Of a DNA stretch of 64,000 nt, positions 39,875-50,010 are shown piece by piece. The position numbers were made by a program, and so were the translations under genes. Within the stretch, counting starts at the first letter, position 1. Every line of letters starts with the position of its first letter. Source of the DNA: Nitrospirota bacterium (lineage in GTDB: Bacteria; Nitrospirota; UBA9217); NCBI GenBank assembly GCA_963751455.1, contig CAVVUN010000015.1, positions 352,001-416,000 on the forward strand. Direction: 5' to 3'. Under the pieces are notes generated by a model that was not told where the DNA came from, did no database searches, and saw only the letters and a list, made by a program, of their open reading frames with translations.

Positions 39875-40108
39875 ATGGACGACCATCACGAGCATTCACA
39901 CAAGCATGACGAGCAATGCGGCCACGACCATGGGGAGCACGAGCACGGGCTGGTCCCGGTTACGATAGAGCTCGAGGACGAGCATATCCCCGCGCTTGAC
40001 GAGGTTGCGATCGAGCTGACCAGGGAATTGAAGCAGCCGTGGGACCGGGGCGCGGTTGTGCGGCTTGCATTGAGCGAGTTTTTCTCCAGAAGGGGAAAGA
40101 TCACGTAA
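39875..40108 (+). CDS. His-rich small protein with ribbon-helix-helix-like C-terminus
   Basis: DDHHEHSHKHDEQCGHDHGEHEH then VTIEL...LDEVA...RGAVVRLAL; RBS GGAGG. Confidence 0.65.
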   Translation: MDDHHEHSHKHDEQCGHDHGEHEHGLVPVTIELEDEHIPALDEVAIELTRELKQPWDRGAVVRLALSEFFSRRGKIT

Positions 40109-40244
40109 CAAGAAAAAGACCGCTATTCGTTGTGCGGTAAGGAGGCCCGTATCGTCGTTCGGCCAGGAAAACGAACCACGTGTCCGAAACGGGCTTCGTG
40201 GCCGCTTGACGTTCTTTTCGGGCTCGCTAATGTTCAGGAGGCTT

Positions 40245-41123
40245 ATGGCGTACAAGACCATCGGGCAGAAGCAGTATCTTATTGATATCCACGTGCATGG
40301 CGCCGAAAATTATGACACGCGCACGAGAAGACAGGATGATATTCTGAGGATTGCCGACGTTCACGGCGAACGGGGCACCTCCGCCCTGCTGCCGACGATC
40401 TATCCCGGGCCGGTTGAAACGATGCGCGAAAACATGAAAGCCGTGAGGCGCGCCATGGAAATCCAGAGGCACGGCGCTGAGCTGCTGGGAATACACATCG
40501 AGGGACCGTTCCTGAACCCGGAGCGGGCAGGATCCCTTGACGGGAAGAGCTTCATGGACCCCTCAACCGGCGCTCTCGAACTTCTTACCGAGGACTTCGA
40601 GGACATCATAAAAATCGTGACGATTGCCCCGGAACTGCCCGGAGCGCTCAAGGTGATCGAACAATGCCGAGAAAAAGGTTTCCTGGTTCACATGGGACAT
40701 AGTGATGCGTCGTTCGAGCAGGCAGAGGAAGGGAAAAAAGCGGGAGCAACGGGCATAACGCATATTTTTAACGCAATGCGCGGGTTTCATCATCGTGAAC
40801 CTGGCCTTGCGGGGTTCGGTCTAATGGACGAGGACATCTATGTGGAGGTGATCGCGGACATGGCGCACCTTCACCCGCAAAGCTTGAAGATGCTGTTTGA
40901 TATGAAATCGCCGGACAAGATACTCCTCGTCTCGGATTCCGTGAAAGGCCCTGGCTGGGGCAGCGGTCCTATTCGCGGGCCTGGCGGAATGCTCATGGGC
41001 AGCGGTATCGTTCTCGCTGATGCCATGAAGAACCTTGTGACGCTCGGGGTGCCTCTCGAACGAGCGGTTCGGTTCGCATCACAGAACCCGAAACAGTATC
41101 TGGGGCTCGCTGCGGTATCATAA
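40245..41123 (+). CDS. nagA: N-acetylglucosamine-6-phosphate deacetylase (compact)
   Basis: IDIHVHG, HIEGPFLN, TIAPE, GHSDA, THIFNAM, VSDS. Confidence 0.82.
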   Translation: MAYKTIGQKQYLIDIHVHGAENYDTRTRRQDDILRIADVHGERGTSALLPTIYPGPVETMRENMKAVRRAMEIQRHGAELLGIHIEGPFLNPERAGSLDGKSFMDPSTGALELLTEDFEDIIKIVTIAPELPGALKVIEQCREKGFLVHMGHSDASFEQAEEGKKAGATGITHIFNAMRGFHHREPGLAGFGLMDEDIYVEVIADMAHLHPQSLKMLFDMKSPDKILLVSDSVKGPGWGSGPIRGPGGMLMGSGIVLADAMKNLVTLGVPLERAVRFASQNPKQYLGLAAVS

Positions 41124-41156
41124 ATTGAAGCTGCGGATTTCGCCTGACAACTGAAC

Positions 41157-42269
41157 ATGGACTATTCGATACAGAACATCAGAGATGAACGCTTGTCGAC
41201 GCTGCTCAAGGTCGGGACGCGGCTCGCAGCCGAGCGCAACCTTGACCGGCTGCTGTCGATGATCATGGAGGAAACGACCGCCGTGATGGAGGCCGAGCGC
41301 AGCTCGCTTTTCCTGATCGACCGGGACAGGAACGAGATGTGGGCCAAGATCGCCCAGGGCGTGGAGACGACCGAGCTCCGGTTCCCGGTCGGCGTGGGCA
41401 TTGCGGGTTCCGTCGGAAAGACCGGCGAGATCATCAATATCCCGGATGCCTACCAGGACAAGCGGTTCAATCCTGAATTCGATGTAAAGACGGGCTATCG
41501 AACGAGGAGCATCCTGTGCGTCCCTATGAAAAACTTTCCGGAAAACATCATCGGCGCAATCCAGGTGTTAAATAAAAAGTCCGGTTCTTTTCAGGCGGAA
41601 GACGAAGCGCTCCTGACTGCGCTGGCCTCGCAGGCAGCGGTCGCCATCGATAATGCGGATCTATACCAAAAGCTCCATGAATTGAATATTTCGCTCGAAA
41701 GAAAAGTCGAGGAAAGGACCTCGGAGCTGGTCAGGGCGAACGAGCGGCTCTCCGTATTGAACCGGGAACTCGAAGAGAGCGCCATTACCGACGGCCTTAC
41801 GCAGGTCTTTAACCGCCGTTATTTCATGGATAGGCTCAGACAGGAAGTGAAGCGTGCCTACCGGTACGGGACGCCTGTCTCGCTGCTCATGTTCGACATT
41901 GACCATTTCAAACAGGTAAACGATACGTTCGGACACCAGGCAGGCGATGCGGTCCTGATCGGCGTAACCCAGCTCATCAAGGCGCGTCTCCGCGGGACGG
42001 ACCTGCTGGCCAGATACGGCGGCGAGGAGTTCTGCCTGATCTGCGCCGCGATGGACCAAGGTGAAGCGGCAATGCTCGCGGAGCGGCTGAGGGAGGCCAT
42101 AGCCGGTTCCCGCTTTGAACACGGCAGCAAGCCGATCACAATCACTGTGAGCATCGGCATCGGCAGCTGGAAGAAGACGTTGCGCGACAATCACGAGGAA
42201 CTGATCAGAATGGCCGACGAGGCGCTGTACCGGGCAAAGGCGGAGGGCAGGAACCGGGTGTGCAGCTGA
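41157..42269 (+). CDS. GAF-GGDEF diguanylate cyclase
   Basis: GAF (DKRFN..D..TGYRT..NK), DIDHFKQVND, RxxD I-site (RGTD), GGEEF. Confidence 0.92.
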   Translation: MDYSIQNIRDERLSTLLKVGTRLAAERNLDRLLSMIMEETTAVMEAERSSLFLIDRDRNEMWAKIAQGVETTELRFPVGVGIAGSVGKTGEIINIPDAYQDKRFNPEFDVKTGYRTRSILCVPMKNFPENIIGAIQVLNKKSGSFQAEDEALLTALASQAAVAIDNADLYQKLHELNISLERKVEERTSELVRANERLSVLNRELEESAITDGLTQVFNRRYFMDRLRQEVKRAYRYGTPVSLLMFDIDHFKQVNDTFGHQAGDAVLIGVTQLIKARLRGTDLLARYGGEEFCLICAAMDQGEAAMLAERLREAIAGSRFEHGSKPITITVSIGIGSWKKTLRDNHEELIRMADEALYRAKAEGRNRVCS

Positions 42270-42343
42270 GGGGTACAAATTCGCCTTTACTATTTCCGAA
42301 CGATTCGCTAAAATGATAGCGATCTGAGACAAGAAAATCATCG

Positions 42344-42419
42344 CCGCAGATTTCGCAGATTAAAAGCCGGAGCGGACTTTTTTTAAGCCTGAATCTACGC
42401 AATCGGCGCAATCCGCGGA
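42344..42419. repeat. Inverted ~9-mer repeat element (CGCAGATTT ... AATCNGCG)
   Basis: CCGCAGATTTCGCAGATT ... AATCTACGCAATCGGCGCAATCCGCGG. Confidence 0.6.
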
Positions 42420-42442
42420 CAATGTATTTATAAGGAGTTTCC

Positions 42443-43558
42443 ATGCCCCATCCAGACTCACTCAAAGCGCCTCACGGCCACGGTCATTCGGCCGGCGACG
42501 GCAAGGAAAAGAAATATCTTCCCCGCCTGATTGCCTGGGAAGTGACCAGAACCTGCCTGCTGAACTGTGTCCATTGCCGTGCGTCGGCAAAGGCCGGACC
42601 GTATGAAGGAGAGCTCGATACCGGGGCCTGCCTCCGGTTTCTCGACGACGTCAAGTCCTTCAGCGACCCTATCATCATCCTGACCGGCGGCGAGCCGATG
42701 ACGAGGGCGGATATTTACGACATTGCCAAATACGGCACTAAGCTCGGTCTGCGCATGGTGATGGCCCCCTGCGGCCTGCTCGTAACCGAGGAACTGGCCC
42801 GGAAGATCAAGGACTCCGGCATCATGCGGGTATCGCTCTCGATCGACGGGTTGACCGCCGAGAGCCACAATGCATTTCGGCGGGAAAAAGGTGCGTTCGA
42901 GGGCGTGATGAAGGCGATAGAAAATTTCAAGAAGGTCGGTATGGAGTTTCAGGTCAATACCACCATCTCGAAACATAACGTCCAGGATTTACCGAAGCTC
43001 CTCGAGATGGTGATAAAGCTGGGTGCGGTGGCGTACCATCCCTTCCTGCTCGTACCTACGGGCCGCGGCAAGGAGATGATCGACCAGGAAATCCCGCCCG
43101 ATGAATATGAGAGTACGCTCAAATGGTTCTACGAGATGCGCGACAAAGTGCCGATCCAGTTTAAACCTACCTGCGCCCCTCACTACTACCGGATTTTCCG
43201 GCAGGGCGAAAAGGCGAAGGGCAAGACCGTGACGGCCGAGTCGCACGGGTTCGACGCGATGACCAAAGGCTGCATGGGCGGACAGAGCTTCGCCTTCGTG
43301 TCACATATAGGCAAGGTGCAGATTTGCGGACTCCTGGATGTAGAGGCAGGCGATATCAAAAAGGAGCCCTTCTCGAAGATCTGGAACACGTCGCGGCTCT
43401 TTCAGGAGATGCGCGACCTTGACCACTATCACGGCAAATGCGGGATCTGCGAGTATCGCAGGGTCTGCGGCGGCTGCCGGGCGCGCGCTTTTGCCATATC
43501 GGGCGACTACCTTGCTGCGGAGCCGTTCTGTACGTACGAGCCGGTGAGGGCCAGGTAG
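42443..43558 (+). CDS. ahbD: Radical SAM/SPASM heme b synthase (AhbD-like)
   Basis: AWEVTRTCLLNCVHCRA, FLLVPTGRG, KPTCAPHYYR, GKCGICEYRRVCGGCRARA. Confidence 0.8.
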   Translation: MPHPDSLKAPHGHGHSAGDGKEKKYLPRLIAWEVTRTCLLNCVHCRASAKAGPYEGELDTGACLRFLDDVKSFSDPIIILTGGEPMTRADIYDIAKYGTKLGLRMVMAPCGLLVTEELARKIKDSGIMRVSLSIDGLTAESHNAFRREKGAFEGVMKAIENFKKVGMEFQVNTTISKHNVQDLPKLLEMVIKLGAVAYHPFLLVPTGRGKEMIDQEIPPDEYESTLKWFYEMRDKVPIQFKPTCAPHYYRIFRQGEKAKGKTVTAESHGFDAMTKGCMGGQSFAFVSHIGKVQICGLLDVEAGDIKKEPFSKIWNTSRLFQEMRDLDHYHGKCGICEYRRVCGGCRARAFAISGDYLAAEPFCTYEPVRAR

Positions 43559-43672
43559 CTTCAAAGTTGACAGCGGGACTTCAACAAGGCCCCCGCATCT
43601 CTGTATACAAACCGTAGAGAAACTCCATCGTCCACTGGTTGGTTAAGCCGGAAATACAGCTTTGAGAAGGCC

Positions 43673-44129
43673 TTGATGGGAATCCGGACATTCCTCACTG
43701 TCATGATGATGGCGCTGCCCGTGCAACTCCTTGCGGATACGGAAAGAACAATCGAACCCCTGCCTGCGGAATTTACGATCAGGATGCGAACCCCCTGGCA
43801 CAGAAGGAAATCGAAACGCAGAGCACCGACAAGTTACGGTCTGCCCTGGAAATCTCATGACGAAAAGCGGCAAGCTACTAAGCGCGAAGTAACAAACGCC
43901 CCGGTTGCGCTGCCCGGTGAACGAAACACTATCTCGATATTTCTTGACGGAAAGCCGTTTGGCAAAGACGACCCATCAGGACCTGCCGTTCTATCTCGAA
44001 GTCCACGTTGACGGTGTAAAATACCGTATCATCTGTGTGCGTGTTGAAGAACCGATAGAAGGCGGAGAAGCAGGTGCGGCCGGCGGTGTCCATTCGAGCC
44101 CTGCTGCTTCCGGCATCGGTTCCCGCTAG
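43673..44129 (+). pseudogene. Multiply frameshifted hypothetical exported protein
   Basis: Signal-peptide-like start in ORF 43673, plausible continuation in other frames (43905..44129). Confidence 0.35.
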
Positions 44130-44339
44130 TGTAGCGTCTCACAAACGACTGGTGTTATCATAGCGCGGCAGTAGGCCGCAACCAAACTTGTAGGGCAAGG
44201 CTTTAGCCTTGCTGAAAGCGCCGGAACAGCAGCAACCCTAAAGGGTCGCCCTACAAATTCATCAGCAAATATTTATGCGAAGATAAGTTTTCGATGAGAA
44301 ATCATCATAACACCGTCCATTTAAGAGACACTACACTAG
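44126..44339. mobile_element. MITE-like element with ~35 bp terminal inverted repeats bounded by CTAG
   Basis: Left CTAGTGTAGCGTCTCACAAACGACTGGTGTTATCAT vs reverse complement of right CTAGTGTAGTGTCTCTTAAATGGACGGTGTTATGAT; internal REP-like GTAGGGC...GCCCTAC 44190-44254. Confidence 0.8.
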
Positions 44340-44424
44340 AGAATCGCCTGGGAGCAGCTGTTTTCAGCTTTTTGGAAAAACGGCCCTTCACCGTGCGTGT
44401 TTTTTGAAGAAGGGGAGAACGAGA

Positions 44425-44928
44425 ATGAAAACAATTGTAAAACTGGGCTTGTTGTTCATCATCACGGCGGTTGTCGTATTTGCCGTTTATATCGTTCGGC
44501 AGGCATCCTCGCCTGAAAGCGCCATTATCGCAGGAGAGAGAGACAGCCTAGCCGCGCAACAGGACACGGACCGGATGGAAAAGGACCCGATTTACGCGAT
44601 TGATTCAGAGAACAAGTTAAGCATGCTGGACTTCCGGCTCGCCGAGGCTTATAACAGGGAAAAAAAACCCGAACAGGCGATCTTGGTGCTGCAGCGGCTG
44701 ATCGGGGAAGAAGAAGCAAAGGGACGAAGGGGCATTCCCCGGCAATCGCGCAGTTATCTGAAACAGGCCCGTTACTATGAAACGCTGCACGAATCCTATA
44801 ACCTTAAAGGCGACCAGGCTGCCGGGATGAAAGCATTGTCCACCCGCGAGCAACTTATGGCAAAAGCAACAGCACTCAGAAAGAGTGAAACAACGGAAGA
44901 AGGAAGATCAGTGCTGCCCCCGGATTGA
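44425..44928 (+). CDS. Membrane-anchored hypothetical protein, TPR-like helices
   Basis: N-terminal TM, LAEAY...AILVLQ helical repeat. Confidence 0.6.
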   Translation: MKTIVKLGLLFIITAVVVFAVYIVRQASSPESAIIAGERDSLAAQQDTDRMEKDPIYAIDSENKLSMLDFRLAEAYNREKKPEQAILVLQRLIGEEEAKGRRGIPRQSRSYLKQARYYETLHESYNLKGDQAAGMKALSTREQLMAKATALRKSETTEEGRSVLPPD

Positions 44929-44992
44929 GATTTTAAAAATATCCGGTGCGCTATAAAGCGCTTCAGCGAACCTTCGCGAATGGGGTTCTCCC

Positions 44993-45892
44993 ATGAACCG
45001 ATGCCGCAACAAAGAACGGGACGTTTGGTGCTTGTTCTTTCTGATTTTTCTGATAACGGGCCGGTTTCTTGTTTGCCCGGTGCCGTCCTGCGCAGAGGAA
45101 GGCAGTGCAGAAACCGGCGTTCTTGGCAGGAAAACTACCGGATATGCCGATTTCGCCGGCGCCTGGAACCCGAAGGGGATCGGGATCCTGACCGGTGTTG
45201 ACTATCGAAACTCCTACCGCTACAGCCCCGAGTACGGTGCGGTGAGCGCCTACCGCCAAATCGGGCTCGGGCTCGGGGTCAACCCGGCCTATCTCCAACC
45301 GTCCATCAGCGCAGAATGGATGCCGGTTCTCTTCCTGGCGCTCCGCCTATCAGCCGACGGTTACTATTTCTACGGTTTGAACGGCGGCCTCCTTTCTTTT
45401 TCATCAGCGAATGATCCGTTTGGAAACAGCGTTCGCAGGGAGCGTGAGGGCACCGAGGAGTCCGGTTTCGGCACGAGGATCTTTGTGCAGCCCACGCTTC
45501 GGGCCAAGATCGGCGGCATCATTATCCGAAACCAGACCGACTACGGTTACTATCGGTTCCCGGGCAGAGGGCCGTATTTTCTGGAACTCGAATATGACAC
45601 GCTGCTGAAGGACAAGGACCGGCTTTTCGCGAACCGGACGCAGGCGCTTGCAGACCTTGGGAAAGGCCAAGCAGCGACCTTGCTTGGTCTTTTTTATGAA
45701 ACGGTGCGCGCGGATGCGGCCCATTTAAGCCGCAAACGGATAGGCATCCTGGGCTATACCGAGCAGGGACCCCACCTGGGATGGTTTCGCGCGACCCGCT
45801 ATTTTGGACAGGCCGGGTACAATCTGGAAGATCCGAACAGAGCGCACGAATTCTTTTTCGTTATCGGCGCGGGAGGCACGTTCGACTTATGA
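44993..45892 (+). CDS. Putative outer-membrane beta-barrel/exported protein
   Basis: Signal-like N-terminus, aromatic/Gly-rich strands, C-terminal GAGGTFDL. Confidence 0.6.
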   Translation: MNRCRNKERDVWCLFFLIFLITGRFLVCPVPSCAEEGSAETGVLGRKTTGYADFAGAWNPKGIGILTGVDYRNSYRYSPEYGAVSAYRQIGLGLGVNPAYLQPSISAEWMPVLFLALRLSADGYYFYGLNGGLLSFSSANDPFGNSVRREREGTEESGFGTRIFVQPTLRAKIGGIIIRNQTDYGYYRFPGRGPYFLELEYDTLLKDKDRLFANRTQALADLGKGQAATLLGLFYETVRADAAHLSRKRIGILGYTEQGPHLGWFRATRYFGQAGYNLEDPNRAHEFFFVIGAGGTFDL

Positions 45893-45936
45893 ATGAGCAA
45901 GGAACCGCAGGAGGCGCAATGGAACAGGCGACTCTG

Positions 45937-46383
45937 TCAGGTACTGCAGGGTAATTTAACCACCGTCAACCAAAAATCCTCAATTGATTTCACGACCTTC
46001 ATGAATTGCTCGAAATCGACCGGTTTTGTGACATAGCAATTTGCATACAGTTTATAGGACTTGAGGATGTCTTCTTCCGCCTTCGAGCTGGTAAGGATTA
46101 CTACCGGAATAAATTTCAGTTTCGCATTCGATTTGATTTCCTCGAGCACTTCCCTTCCGCTTTTTTTGGGAAGATTCAAATCCAGCAGGACAAGGTCGGG
46201 ACACGGAGAATCCTCGTATCCGGCCTCTCTTTTCAGGAATTTCATCGCCTCGATACCGTCCTGCGCTACATGCAGTTCATTTCGTATTTTCCCTTCGCTC
46301 AGCGCTTCCCGGACCAGTTCCACATCCCCGGGGTTGTCCTCTACGAGCAAAATATCTATCATTTTACCGTATTCTTTTTTCAT
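45937..46383 (-). CDS. Single-domain response regulator (Rcp1-like)
   Basis: [35 protein letters not shown]. Confidence 0.92.
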   Translation of the reverse strand: MKKEYGKMIDILLVEDNPGDVELVREALSEGKIRNELHVAQDGIEAMKFLKREAGYEDSPCPDLVLLDLNLPKKSGREVLEEIKSNAKLKFIPVVILTSSKAEEDILKSYKLYANCYVTKPVDFEQFMKVVKSIEDFWLTVVKLPCST

Positions 46384-46494
46384 AATGCCTCATCTCCTTT
46401 AAAAAATTCAGGCGCGAGGACGAGGACCATGAGAGAAAGTACAGGAGCGATCCTTTTCCTCGCGACGTGTGCTCCGTCGCTGCAAGGCCTAATA

Positions 46495-48817
46495 CTATTT
46501 TCTCCTGTCCCTAATCGTAAAGAAGAACGTCGACCCGGTCCCCGGCGTTGATTCAACCCAGATGCGCCCGTGATGGCGCTCAGTTATTCTCTTGCACAGG
46601 GCCAACCCGATGCCCGTACCCGGATATTCTTCACGGGAATGCAGCCGCTGAAATATCAGAAAAATACGGCCCCAATACAGCGATTCTATTCCGATGCCGT
46701 TATCCTGAACGGAAAATATCCATTCATCGCCCTTGCTCTTTCCGGATACATGGATCCGGGGGGGGACATCAGGCTTTCTGAATTTTATGCTGTTCCCGAT
46801 AAGATTCTGGAATAACTGTGATAGCTGTATTTCGTCTCCCCACACTCCAGGCAGTTGATCCCTGGTGACCACGGCCCCGTTTTCCTTAATCGCGACGGAC
46901 AGGTTCTTGACGGCCTGCGAAAATGATTTGTTCATATCGACATGCGTGAACGGCGCCCCCCGGGGAACCCGGGAGAATGCCAGCAGGCCGTCAATCAGTT
47001 TCTGCATCCGTTTGGCGCCGTCGACAGCGAAATATATGTATTTCAGCGCTTTGTCATCCAGCTGACCCGTGTATTTCCTTTCAAGGAGCTGAACGTAGCT
47101 TGCGACCATGCGAAGAGGCTCCTGGAGATCATGGGATGCGACATACGCGAACTGCTCCAACTCCTTATTAGAGCGTTCAAGCTCGGTAAGGAGCCGTTTC
47201 AGTTCGTCTTCGGACTGCTTGCGCTCGGTCACATCCTGGATGGTGACGACGGCCAGCAGGGGTTTGCCGTCACTGCTTCGCGCGAGGGTGCCTCCGTAGC
47301 TGAAGACGCGCACCCAGTCGGTCGCGTGCCGGCGAAGGGTCACTTCCCAGTTGCGAAGAGTTTCACCCCGAAGGATGCGTGATAACGGCCACTCTTCCAC
47401 GGGCAGGACGCCTGCCTCGGTAGAGAGTTCAAATATGTCGGCAAGTTCGGGCAGACGACGAAGGCCCTCTTCCAAACTGGCAAATCCGTGCATTGCAATC
47501 GCGGCCGGGTTCCAATGGAAAAGGTTGCCGTCCATGTCTGAAACGACGAGCCCGTCCGTAATATTATTCAGTACTATCTCGAGCTGCGCCGAGTATCTCT
47601 CCTGGTCCTGCTTGCTTTTCTGCAGTGCAGCTTCAGCGCGCTTTCTCTCGGTAATGTCCTGCACGGCCCCGATTATCCGGACTGGCCGGTCCCCATTGCC
47701 AAATATGACCTCGGCGTGTTCCAGTACAACGCGCTCGGACCCGTCCGGCCTCACAATCCGGTGCTCGATGCTGTACGGGCTCCTGGTCGAAACGGCCCGT
47801 GCAACCGAATTCGCAATCGGCTCCCTGTCTTCCGGATGGACGCTTTGGAAGAAAAGATCATTGGTTACTTCCACGTGACCAGGCTCGTATCCGAAGATGC
47901 GATACACTTCATCGGACCAGTGCAGCGGATTCGCGTTCACGTCGCTTTGGTTCAGAAACTCTATCTCCCAGGCGCCCAAGTGGGTCATTTGTCCGGCCTG
48001 CTTCAGGATCGCCTCGCTCCTCCGGAGCGCGTCCTCGGCCCGCTTGCGTTCCGCTATTTCTTTTGCAAGCTCGTCCCGGGAGACCGTAATGGACTGCAGG
48101 TTGGCCGCCATCCGGTCGAACGACCAGGAAAGTTCTCCGATCTCGTCATCGGTCTGTGTGCCTATCCGGTGGTCCAGGTTCCCTGAGCCGATGATGTTTG
48201 CTCCTTCCGAGAGCCGTGAAATAGAGCGTGATATTTTTCTGTTTATGGGAAGCAGGGTGCCGAGCGTGACCAAAACGGACCCGAAGAGAAGAACCAGAAT
48301 AACCGTATTTGCATTCACGCGCGTCCTTTTTCTCTCGGCAGACGTCATTTCATAAAGGCGGGATGCATCGAACGAGATATAACGCGCCCTGATGAGGATC
48401 TGGCCCGAGAGCCTGTCCTGCATTTCCCGTAAAAGGGCCGGATTAGACCGGAATGCCGGGTTTTTGTCCGCATCTATTCTGCGCGGTAAATATTTCGCGG
48501 ATTTCCCCTAAATTACGCCGGATTCTCTGGAGTACCTCGTCCTGCTCCAACGTTCCGAATTGTAAGTCCTTCATCAGCCCTGTCAGATCATCAAATATCA
48601 GATACCATTCGTTTTTTGCGCGGCCCTCCTTATAGAGGAGATAATAGTAGGTACGCTGATTCAGCTCCGTCATCTCCGACAGCAGAGAAAAAGCAATGGT
48701 ACTTTTGCTGTCCGCCTCATTCTGCCGTTGAATGGTTGAAGCCATAATGAAAATAATGACCACCATGGTGGCGATGGGTAGGAATATATTGATCGCTAAT
48801 TTTGTATTGAGTCTCAT
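46495..48817 (-). CDS. HAMP-PAS-PAS histidine kinase (Cph1-type HisKA), frameshifted near 48430-48470
   Basis: ORF 48443..48817 supplies TM1/periplasmic part; ASHDLQEPL, NLIGNSIKF, DNGIG, GTGIGL. Confidence 0.85.
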
Positions 48818-49828
48818 TGCCTGCGTTTTCCGCGTATGCTGACTGCGTCCGGTTTTACACTTTGCAATCCCTCCGTGTAAATGAACCGGTTGAAGTCAGG
48901 AATGCTCTTTCTGTTTTTGTAATAAGTTTTTGAGCGCCCAACGCGCCTGGTCTTCCAAGTTAATCAGAAGCACTTCGCTTATCCGTATGTCGAAATTATA
49001 TTTTCCCCAGTCCCTCGCCAGGAGCTCGCGGTCAAAACGACCCAAATCAGAAGTTATGGCGATAGCCTCAACGGGGCTCTCTCTCATGAAGCGCTGGGCC
49101 CGCAAGAGACCGTTGAGTATTTTTTTTACGAGTTCGGGGTTGCCTGCTATAAATTCGCTTTTTCCGACTATATTCCAGGTCATGAGATAATTATTGTCCG
49201 AAAAAACGACGGCCTGAGCGCCGAATTTCTTCAGCAATGTCCCTACGGTAGGGGGCCAGGTTGCAGCTGCATCTATTTCCCCGGCCTCGAACGCGGCAGC
49301 CATGTTTTCGGGCTTAATATCCACCCGCGTGACACTGTTGTCCGGAATGCCGTGAAAGAGAAGAAAGGAATGCAGGAAGAATTCGCCGGTTGTCCCTTTT
49401 GTTACTCCTATCCTTTTTCCTCTGACGTCGCCGGCTTCGGAAATGCCCCTGTTTGTTAACCCGATAATCTTATGATGTTCATTCGAGTCGGATATGGTCG
49501 CGATTGCCGCTATGTTTCGATCGTTAATTCCGGCAAACATGAGAACAGTGTCCGCGATCGTGGCAAACCGGACCCTGCCTTCGTACATTGATTCCAGGGC
49601 AGCCTTGCCAGTTGTGTGCATTTTCAGGGAGACATCGAGGCCTTCATCCAAGAAAAAACCTTTTTTATATGCAATGAATATTGACGCCGAGGAGGGATCG
49701 AATGAAACACCCAGCCTGATTTTTTCCGCGATGGCAGGCGGTCTGCTCATAAACCTGGTAATGATGGCAGCCAGTACGGAAATAGTAAATATGGACACGA
49801 ACAGTATTATGATCTTTTTACGCACCAA
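48814..49828 (-). CDS. NrtA/SsuA-like periplasmic substrate-binding protein (frameshift near 48910-48930)
   Basis: KGFFLDEGLDV, RGKRIGV..GT, IDAAATWPP; alternate frame continues IPDFNRFIYTEGLQSVKPDAV to a TGA overlapping the HK ATG. Confidence 0.8.
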
Positions 49829-50010
49829 TATTTCTCCGTGTCATGAAGCAGAAGCAAAGACTGACAATAACAAAACTCTTTTCATTATGATAAACCCTCT
49901 AAAAATGGCAAGTCAATACGTTTCAATTTTAAGCACATCCAAAATATTTTGCGACGAAAGAACTATACGGTTTCGTGATGAACCAGTACCACGAACAACG
50001 ACTTCGCGCT

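Noticed and set aside
46495-48423. Bacteriophytochrome
   Set aside because: Kinase core is Cph1-like but there is no GAF-PHY chromophore module
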